This document shows, one piece after another, positions 1 through 11,419 of a stretch of 28,801 nt of DNA. Within the stretch, counting starts at the first letter, position 1. The number at the start of each line of letters is the position of its first letter. The stretch covers positions 1 through 28,801 of the forward strand of contig JAFAYS010000754.1 of the NCBI GenBank assembly GCA_019240175.1, given 5' to 3'. Source of the DNA: Chloroflexota bacterium (lineage in GTDB: Bacteria > Chloroflexota > Chloroflexia > Chloroflexales > Kallotenuaceae). The notes under the pieces are model-generated. The model saw only the letters and a program-made list of their open reading frames with translations, did not search any database and was not told where the DNA came from. Both the position numbers and the translations under genes were made by a program.

Positions 1-2
1 CG

Positions 3-720
3 GTCGTGGCCTGCACGCTGGGCGCGTTCAGCTCGCATGTGATCACCGACGCGCGCTTTGTGGTGCGCAAGCCCGAGTCGCTCGACTTTGCCACGGCTGC
101 CACGCTGCCGATCGCGTTTATGACCGCCTCCCATAGCCTCGAAACGCTGGCGCGGCTGGCTCCCGGCGAGCGCGTGCTGATCCACGCGGCGGCAGGTGGT
201 GTCGGGCTGGCGGCTGTGCAGATCGCGCGGCAGCTTGGGGCTGAGATCTTCGCCACGGCTGGCACGCCCGAGAAGCGCGCCTTCCTCCATTCGCTGGGCA
301 TTGCGCATGTGCTGGACTCGCGCACCACGTATTTTGCCAGCGAGATTTTGGAGCTGACCAACGGCCAGGGCGTCGATGTGGTCTTGAACTCGCTGACCGG
401 CGTGGCGATCCCGCAGAGCCTTGAGGCGCTGGGCCTGTATGGCCGCTTTGTCGAGCTGGGCAAGCACGACATCTACCAGCGTATGTCGCTGGATCTTGGC
501 GCGTTCCGCAAGAGCCTGGCCTTCTTCGCCGTCGATATTGTGGGCATGATGACCGCGCGGCCCGAGCACTTCGCCCGGCTGTTGCGCGACATCACCGATC
601 GCTTCGCGCGGGGCGAGCTCCAGCCGTCGCCGCTGCGCCACTTCCCGATCGCGCAGGTGGGCGATGCCTTCGATCTGCTGGCGCAGCGTCGGCACATCGG
701 CAAGATCGCGGTCAGCATTG
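3..720 (+). other. Enoylreductase (ER) domain, apparently intact
   Basis: LPIAFMTA, NADPH-binding LIHAAAGGVGLAAVQIA, GVDVVLNSL, GRFVELGK, RHIGKI. Boundaries approximate. Confidence 0.88.
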
Positions 721-1985
721 ACGCGCCGGAGCAGGTGCCGATCGCGCCGGCTGCGACTTCTGGCGGCGTGCGCGCGGATGCGACCTACATCGTCGCCGGT
801 AGCCTGGAAAACGGCGGGCTGGATCTCGTGCGCTGGTTGGTGGACGAGGGCGCGCGTCAGGTTGCCCTGATTGGTCAGGACTCGCTCTCAGCCACAGTCC
901 GCAGCGCAATCGACGAGATCGCGGCGACCGGAGCCAGCATTGCGGTGTATCAGGCGGATCTCGCTCGCCGCGCCGAACTGGCCGCCGTGCTGAACAAGAT
1001 CCGCAGCGATCGACCGGTGCGCGGCGTGGTGCTGCTGGCGGAAACACCCGCCGACTGCGCGATCGCTCAGCTAGCGCCGGAGCGACTGTCCGATGTAATG
1101 TCGCAGACCGAGGCCGCTTGGAACTTGCACCACCTGACGCTGGATCTGCCGCTCGATCATTTTGTGCTCTGCGCGTCGGTGGCGGGCATGCTCGGGTTGT
1201 CGGGGCGCAGTAGCCAGGCCGCGATCGATACGAGCTTTGCCGCGCTGGTCGAGGCGCGCCGCGCGCAAGGTTTGCCTGGGCTCAGCCTGAGCTGGAATCT
1301 GTCGTCCGAATCTGAGCACAGCCGATCGGCCAACCAGGGACTCAAAAGCATCACCCCGCAGCAGGCGCTTGCCGCGCTCAAACGGCTGCTTGACTCCGAC
1401 GCATCCCATGTTGGCGTGATGCCGCTGAACGTGCGCCAGTGGACTCAAGTTCATCCCGCCGCTGCCACGCTGCCGATCTTCGCCGGGCTGCTCCAGCAGC
1501 AAAAGCAGGAGCGCGCGGCCTCGGCTGCGTCAAGCTCATTGCGCGCCGATCTGCTGGCCGCCGAGCCAGAGCAGCGCCTGCCGCTGCTGGAAAACTATCT
1601 CAGGGAGCAGATCAGCAAAATCTTGCGCTTAATGCCGACCAAGATCGACCGCCACAAGCCGCTGGGCTCGCTCGGCCTCGACTCGCTGATGGCGCTTGAG
1701 CTGCGCAACCAGCTCGAAGATAGCCTGGCGCTACAGCTGCCGGTTACGCTGATCTGGAACTATCAGACGATCGCGGCGCTGGGCGCGCACCTGGCCGAGC
1801 GGCTGGGCCTCCTGCTGGAAACGCCGCCGGCTGTCGAAACGCCCACGCTTCTCGAAGCTCCGCAGCCGGAAGCCACACCCCACGCGCCCGACGCACCGCT
1901 CGATCCGGCAGCCACGCTGGCGCTGCTCTTTGCCGAGATCGACAAGTACTCGTTCGAGGAGCTGCGCCAGGTGCTCACCGACTAG
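3..1985 (+). CDS. Type I PKS, C-terminal part (5'-truncated by window): enoylreductase - inactive ketoreductase - ACP - C-terminal docking tail
   Basis: The frame is open from the window edge (gtc gtg gcc tgc...), so the listed start at 6 is not the true start. ER motifs LIHAAAGGVGLAA and GRFVELGK. KR-fold region with degenerate motifs. ACP motif LGLDSLMALELRN (Ser 1683-1685). TAG at 1983-1985. Confidence 0.93.
   Translation, partial: VVACTLGAFSSHVITDARFVVRKPESLDFATAATLPIAFMTASHSLETLARLAPGERVLIHAAAGGVGLAAVQIARQLGAEIFATAGTPEKRAFLHSLGIAHVLDSRTTYFASEILELTNGQGVDVVLNSLTGVAIPQSLEALGLYGRFVELGKHDIYQRMSLDLGAFRKSLAFFAVDIVGMMTARPEHFARLLRDITDRFARGELQPSPLRHFPIAQVGDAFDLLAQRRHIGKIAVSIDAPEQVPIAPAATSGGVRADATYIVAGSLENGGLDLVRWLVDEGARQVALIGQDSLSATVRSAIDEIAATGASIAVYQADLARRAELAAVLNKIRSDRPVRGVVLLAETPADCAIAQLAPERLSDVMSQTEAAWNLHHLTLDLPLDHFVLCASVAGMLGLSGRSSQAAIDTSFAALVEARRAQGLPGLSLSWNLSSESEHSRSANQGLKSITPQQALAALKRLLDSDASHVGVMPLNVRQWTQVHPAAATLPIFAGLLQQQKQERAASAASSSLRADLLAAEPEQRLPLLENYLREQISKILRLMPTKIDRHKPLGSLGLDSLMALELRNQLEDSLALQLPVTLIWNYQTIAALGAHLAERLGLLLETPPAVETPTLLEAPQPEATPHAPDAPLDPAATLALLFAEIDKYSFEELRQVLTD
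760..1450 (+). other. Degenerate ketoreductase (KR0)
   Basis: YIVAGSLENGG replaces YLITGGLGGLG. The PKV lysine segment is absent (MSQTEAAWNL). GRSSQAAID replaces GQxxYAAAN. Boundaries approximate. Confidence 0.85.
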
Positions 1986-2050
1986 CTCCGACCAGAAATG
2001 CCTAACACCACACATCCGTTGCCCCGACAACCGGGCGCTCTCAGCGAATA

Positions 2051-2057
2051 AAGGTAG
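2051..2057 (+). promoter_or_regulatory. Probable ribosome-binding site for the NRPS gene
   Basis: AAGGTAG 7 nt upstream of ATG 2065. Confidence 0.55.
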
Positions 2058-2064
2058 CATTGCG

Positions 2065-5000
2065 ATGGATAACACCAACCAGATCAATCAGCGCCGCTCC
2101 GAGCTTTCGGCGTCCAAGCGGGCGCTTCTGGAAAAGCGTCTGCGCGGCGCAGCGGGCGGCGGCAAAGAGGCTGATCAGCCGATTCCCCGTCGCTCCGGCT
2201 CCGCGCCGATCCCGCTGTCGTTTGTGCAACAGCGGCTCTGGTTTTTAAGCAAGCTAGAGCCGAAAAATCCGTTTTACAACATCTTCGGCACGGCGCTCTT
2301 GATCGGCTCGCTGGACATCGACGTGCTTGAGCGCAGCATCGCCACCGTGATCGAGCGCCACGAGTCGCTGCGCACCAACTTCGCGGATGTCGACGGCCAG
2401 GCCAGCCAGGTGATTCTGCCGACCTCGCGCTTTCGCTTGGAGCAGATCGACCTGGGATCGCATCCGCCGGCCACCTACGAGACGGTGCTGCGCCATCACA
2501 TCGAAGCGCTGATGCAGCAGCCGTTTACGCTGGGCGACGGGCTACTCTTCCGCGCGATCCTGCTGCGGCTCGACGCGCAGCACCACGGCATCCTGTTCTT
2601 GATGCATCACATCATCTCCGACGGCTGGTCGATCGGTATTTTCAACCATGAGTTTGCGCTAAGCTACCAGGCGCTGGCGCAGGGCCGCACGCCCGCGCTG
2701 CCGGATCTGCCGATCCAATACGCCGACTACGCGGTCTGGCAGCAGCAGTGGCTGGCTCCCGGCGCTCCCAGCGGCGCGCTGGACAAGCATCTGCGCTACT
2801 GGCGCAAGCAGCTGGCCGATATTCAGCCGCTCTTCCCGCTGCCGACCGACTTTCCGCGCCCGCCGGTGCAAACCTTTGTCGGCGCGCACTATCCCTTCCC
2901 GCTGCCTGCGGATCTTGTCGCATCGGCGACCGCGCTGGGTCGCCAGGAAAGCGCGACGCTCTTCATGGTGCTGCTGGCGGTCTTTCAGATCTTGCTGGCG
3001 CGCTACAGCGGCCAGGACGACGTGCTGGTCGGGACGCCGAGCGCCAACCGTACGCGCCCGGAGCTGGAAGGCGTGATCGGTATGTTCGTCAGCACGCTGG
3101 CGCTGCGCGTCGATCTGGGCGGCCAGCCCTCGTTTCGTGGGTTGCTACGCCGGGTGCGCGACGTGACCGCGTCGGCCTACGAGCATCAGGATCTGCCCTT
3201 TGAGCAGCTGCTGGAAGAATTGCAGCACCCGCGCTCGCTGAGCTACTCGCCGATCTTCCAGATCTTCTTCGCGCTCCAGAACGTGCCGTCGCCGCCGGTC
3301 GATCTGCCGGGCCTGCGCATCAGCCGCTTCGAGACCACTAACAACTCGGTCAAGTTCGACCTGACGCTCAACATTGAGGAGCAGGCGGGCGGCGGTTTGA
3401 TGGCCTGGCTCGACTATAGCACGGATCTTTTCGAGCGCACCACGATCGAGCGCATGGCCGGCCACTACCGCGCGCTGCTTGAGGCGATCCTGGCCAATCC
3501 GGATCAGCCGATTACCCAGCTGCCGATGCTGACCACTGCCGAGCATGAGCTGCTGGGCGGGTGGAATGCTACCAGTGCGCCCTTCGAGACTACGGCTTGC
3601 ATCCAGCAGCTTTTCGAGGCGCAGGTCGTGCGCACACCCGAGGCGATCGCGCTGGTCGCCGCTGGAACGCCGGTCACCTATGCCGAACTGAACACGCGCG
3701 CGAATCGGCTGGCGCATCATCTGCGGGCGCAAGGTATCGACGCCGAGAGCTACGTCGCGGTCTGCCTGGATCGCTCACCGGAGCTGATCGTGAGCCTGCT
3801 GGCGGTGCTCAAGGCCGGCGGCGCGTACATCCCGCTCGATCCCAATTACCCCGCCGAGCGCCTGACGTTTATCCTTGACGACGCCCAGCCGCGCGCCGTG
3901 CTCACCGACGCGACGCATGCCGATCGCTTCAGTGGCACGGCCCCGCTCCTGATCCAGCTTGACGAGGCAGCTACCGAGATCGCCGCCGCGCCGGAGACCA
4001 ACCCCGAGCTCGCGACGCAGTCCGACAATCTCGCTTATCTGATCTACACCTCGGGCTCGGTCGGCCAGCCCAAAGGCGTGATGGTCGCGCATCGTGCGCT
4101 GGTGCACTACGCCGAGGCCGCGCGCAGCGCCTACGATCTCACCGCCGCCGATCGCGTGCTACAGTTCGCCTCGATCAGCTTCGACGCCAGCGCCGAGGAG
4201 ATCTATCCGACGCTGACAGCCGGCGGCACGCTGGTGCTGCGCGACGATCAGATGCTGACGACTGCCGCGAATTTTCTGCGTCGGGCCGAGGAGTGGCGGC
4301 TCAGCGTGATCAGCCTGCCGACCGCCTACTGGCACGAGCTGACCAGCCAGATCGCCGAGGCCAGACTGGCGCTGCCGTCTACGCTGCGGCTGGTGATCAT
4401 CGGCGGCGAGGAAGCACTGGCCGAGCGCGTGGCTCAGTGGCGCGAGCAGACCGGCGATCGTATGCGGCTGATCAATACCTACGGCCCGACCGAAGCTACG
4501 ATCGTGGCGACGATGTGCGCGGTGGACGTGCTGCCATCCGACGTGACCAGCGTGCCGATCGGTCGTCCAATCCAGAATATGCAGGCCTACGTGCTCGACG
4601 CGCAGCTAAATTCGGTGCCGGTGGGCGTGCCCGGTGAGCTGTATCTGGGCGGTGCCGGCGTGGCGCGTGGCTATCTCAATCAGCCGGCTTTGACCGCCGA
4701 GCGCTTCCTGCCTAATCCATTCGCGTCCTCTGACTCCGGCGATCGGCTCTACCGCAGCGGTGATCGCGTGCGCTATCGTGCTGACGGCGCGCTGGAATTT
4801 CTCGGTCGCGTGGACTTCCAGGTCAAGATTCGCGGCTTCCGCATCGAGCCGGGCGAGATCGAGCAGCGCCTGAGCGAGCATCCAGATGTCGAGACTGCCG
4901 TGGTGATCGTCCACGAGCCGCAGCCCGGCGACCGACGACTGGTAGCGTACGTGGTAGAACAAAGGAACAAAGAAACAAAAGAACAAGGTACCATTACTCC

Positions 5001-6501
5001 CCCTTCGCCTGTCGCAACCGAGGTCGAAGCCGACCGAGGTTCGGGGCAAGGGGGCCGGGGGGATGAGGGCCTGATCTCCTCGCTCCGCGCTTTCCTCAAA
5101 ACCCGCCTGCCCGACTACATGCTGCCCTCGCTGATCATCCCGCTGGCGGCGCTGCCGCTCACGTCCAGCGGCAAGCTCGATCGCAGCGCTCTGCCCGCGC
5201 CCGAGGAGGCCGCGCTGGCCCGTCAGGCAAGCTACGCGCCGCCGGAAGACGCGCTGCAAGCGCAGCTGGTGCGCATTTGGGAGTCGACGCTCAACCGTAG
5301 CCCGATCAGCATCACCGACAACTTCTTCGACCTCGGCGGCACCTCGCTGCTGTCGATCCGCCTGATCTCGCGTATCGAGGAGCGCATGGGCCAGAGCCTG
5401 CCGCTGCGGGCGCTCTACGCCGCGCCGACGATCAAAGAGCTGGTGGCCTATCTGCATGAGCGCGGCTGGCCGGGCGTGCTGCGCCTGGTCGACGATCTGC
5501 CCGAGATTCGCTCGCCGCTGGTCAAGATCCAGCCTAACGGCTCGAAGCGGCCCTTCTTCTTCGTCGCGCCGCTGGGCGGCATCGTCCCGGCGAACGTGCT
5601 GGTCGGCTTCATGGATCTGGTGCCCTACTTCGGCCTGGATCAGCCGTTCTACGGCCTTCAGCTGCCGGGCGTAGCGCTGCCGCTCTTGAAGCATATGGAC
5701 TCGCAGCAGATGCCCGACGCCGCCACGCTTTCGCGGCATATTCTGGAGTTCGCGCCCAGCCGCAGCATCATCGAGGAGGGCGCGGCGCAGTGCATCGCAG
5801 CCATGCGTGAGATCCAGCCCGAGGGTCCGTATCTGATCGGCGGCTTCTGCTCCGGCGGCGTAGTCGCGCTTGAGATCGCGCAGCAGCTGCGGCGGCAAGG
5901 CCACGAGATCGGCTTCCTGGGCCTGATCGACACCTCAGCCACGACCACCGCCGGCTTCCAGGCCGATACGTCGGAGTCGGCGCTGCTGGCCTTCGCGCAA
6001 AAACGCATCGCGCATCAGATCCATCAGATCGAGTTTCCCGACACCGGCGATCTGGCCTGGTTTATTCGCAAAGATCTCGGCTGGGCCACGATCAAGAAAG
6101 ATCTGGAAGTGATCTACGCCGAGCTGAACCAGCTTGACCCGCAAGCGTACTGGGCCTACTGCCTCAACGAGCTGAAGACCTCGGGCACCGTCTCGCAGGA
6201 GGCGACTGAGCAGGAGATCTACCGGCTCTTCCAGATGTATCAGATGAACAAGCTCGGCAGCCACTATGTCCTGTCGACCTACGCGCTGCAGGTCTACGAC
6301 GATCAGATCTCGCTCTTCATGGTCGAGCAAGATGCGTTCGAGGGCGATCCGATCGAGGGCTGGCGTCCGCTCTCGACGCTGCCGATCGATCTCAACATTA
6401 TTCCCGGCGACCACGGCACGCTCTTTTTAGAGCCGAACATTCAGGGCCTGGCGCGGCAGCTCCTAGCCAAGCTGGCGCTGGTCGATCAGCCGGTGGCGTA
6501 G
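2065..6501 (+). CDS. NRPS termination module C-A-T-TE (1478 aa from ATG 2065)
   Basis: C domain HHIISDG (2605-2625). A domain YTSGSVGQPKG, FDAS, NTYGPTE, YRSGD, QVKIRGFRIE, GKLDR. T domain FFDLGGTS (Ser 5344). TE GFCSG (5842-5856) and GDH (6406-6414). Start moved from the track's 1930 to 2065 on the basis of the RBS, a docking-like N-terminus (LSASKRALLEKRL) and no overlap with the upstream gene. Confidence 0.95.
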   Translation: MDNTNQINQRRSELSASKRALLEKRLRGAAGGGKEADQPIPRRSGSAPIPLSFVQQRLWFLSKLEPKNPFYNIFGTALLIGSLDIDVLERSIATVIERHESLRTNFADVDGQASQVILPTSRFRLEQIDLGSHPPATYETVLRHHIEALMQQPFTLGDGLLFRAILLRLDAQHHGILFLMHHIISDGWSIGIFNHEFALSYQALAQGRTPALPDLPIQYADYAVWQQQWLAPGAPSGALDKHLRYWRKQLADIQPLFPLPTDFPRPPVQTFVGAHYPFPLPADLVASATALGRQESATLFMVLLAVFQILLARYSGQDDVLVGTPSANRTRPELEGVIGMFVSTLALRVDLGGQPSFRGLLRRVRDVTASAYEHQDLPFEQLLEELQHPRSLSYSPIFQIFFALQNVPSPPVDLPGLRISRFETTNNSVKFDLTLNIEEQAGGGLMAWLDYSTDLFERTTIERMAGHYRALLEAILANPDQPITQLPMLTTAEHELLGGWNATSAPFETTACIQQLFEAQVVRTPEAIALVAAGTPVTYAELNTRANRLAHHLRAQGIDAESYVAVCLDRSPELIVSLLAVLKAGGAYIPLDPNYPAERLTFILDDAQPRAVLTDATHADRFSGTAPLLIQLDEAATEIAAAPETNPELATQSDNLAYLIYTSGSVGQPKGVMVAHRALVHYAEAARSAYDLTAADRVLQFASISFDASAEEIYPTLTAGGTLVLRDDQMLTTAANFLRRAEEWRLSVISLPTAYWHELTSQIAEARLALPSTLRLVIIGGEEALAERVAQWREQTGDRMRLINTYGPTEATIVATMCAVDVLPSDVTSVPIGRPIQNMQAYVLDAQLNSVPVGVPGELYLGGAGVARGYLNQPALTAERFLPNPFASSDSGDRLYRSGDRVRYRADGALEFLGRVDFQVKIRGFRIEPGEIEQRLSEHPDVETAVVIVHEPQPGDRRLVAYVVEQRNKETKEQGTITPPSPVATEVEADRGSGQGGRGDEGLISSLRAFLKTRLPDYMLPSLIIPLAALPLTSSGKLDRSALPAPEEAALARQASYAPPEDALQAQLVRIWESTLNRSPISITDNFFDLGGTSLLSIRLISRIEERMGQSLPLRALYAAPTIKELVAYLHERGWPGVLRLVDDLPEIRSPLVKIQPNGSKRPFFFVAPLGGIVPANVLVGFMDLVPYFGLDQPFYGLQLPGVALPLLKHMDSQQMPDAATLSRHILEFAPSRSIIEEGAAQCIAAMREIQPEGPYLIGGFCSGGVVALEIAQQLRRQGHEIGFLGLIDTSATTTAGFQADTSESALLAFAQKRIAHQIHQIEFPDTGDLAWFIRKDLGWATIKKDLEVIYAELNQLDPQAYWAYCLNELKTSGTVSQEATEQEIYRLFQMYQMNKLGSHYVLSTYALQVYDDQISLFMVEQDAFEGDPIEGWRPLSTLPIDLNIIPGDHGTLFLEPNIQGLARQLLAKLALVDQPVA
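4957..4988 (+). repeat. Short tandem GAACAAA(G)-type repeat, 4 units, in-frame in the A domain
   Basis: gaacaaag gaacaaa gaaacaaaa gaacaa: an A-rich island in otherwise GC-rich coding DNA, encoding EQRNKETKEQ. Confidence 0.85.
4999..5069 (+). repeat. REP-like imperfect palindrome (hairpin) with G-rich tail, in-frame in the A domain
   Basis: CCCCCTT (4999-5005) pairs with AAGGGGG (5048-5054), AACC (5016-5019) with GGTT (5038-5041), and GGTCG (5022-5026) with CGACC (5031-5035) around an AAGC loop. Followed by CCGGGGGGATGAGGG. Confidence 0.75.
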
Positions 6502-6526
6502 CGAACAGTCAGCAGCACGTGAGAAC

Positions 6527-6533
6527 AAGGTGA
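6527..6533 (+). promoter_or_regulatory. Probable ribosome-binding site
   Basis: AAGGTGA just upstream of ATG 6537. Confidence 0.5.
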
Positions 6534-6536
6534 ATT

Positions 6537-11297
<4,761 letters not shown>

Positions 11298-11305
11298 CTT
11301 CTAGA

Positions 11306-11340
11306 AGAACCTAGAACCAAGAACCCAGAACCTAGAACAG
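11306..11340 (+). repeat. Heptamer tandem repeat AGAACC(T/A/C), 5 units
   Basis: agaacct agaacca agaaccc agaacct agaacag in the intergenic spacer after TAG 11297. Confidence 0.9.
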
Positions 11341-11370
11341 GTGATCGGTTCTGTAGCACTCCACTCATAC

Positions 11371-11406
11371 TTCTTTGTTCTTTTGTTCTTTGTTCCTTTG
11401 TTCTTG
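11371..11406 (-). repeat. GAACAAA(G)-type tandem repeat, inverted copy of 4957-4988
   Basis: The reverse complement reads caa gaacaaag gaacaaa gaacaaaa gaacaaa gaa, nearly identical to the array inside the NRPS. Confidence 0.88.
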
Positions 11407-11409
11407 ATT

Positions 11410-11416
11410 AAGGTGG
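11410..11416 (+). promoter_or_regulatory. Probable ribosome-binding site
   Basis: AAGGTGG upstream of ATG 11420. Confidence 0.5.
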
Positions 11417-11419
11417 TAT

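Noticed and set aside
1986-2050. Possible hairpin or promoter in the 79-bp spacer
   Set aside because: Only 4-bp stems (gttg/caac, gccc/gggc) and no convincing -35/-10 pair.
1930-2064. Track start of the NRPS ORF at 1930
   Set aside because: It overlaps the upstream PKS by 56 bp and encodes non-homologous sequence. ATG 2065 has an RBS and a docking-like N-terminus.
4957-5069. Possible catalytic domain (for example a methyltransferase) interrupting the A domain, or an IS remnant
   Set aside because: Only about 30 extra residues, no SAM-binding motif, and no transposase or clear terminal inverted repeats with target duplication.
11306-11406. Possible CRISPR array or intrinsic terminator
   Set aside because: The units are 7-8 bp with no spacers. 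There is no compact GC-rich stem directly before a U-tract, and the downstream gene appears to be in the same operon.
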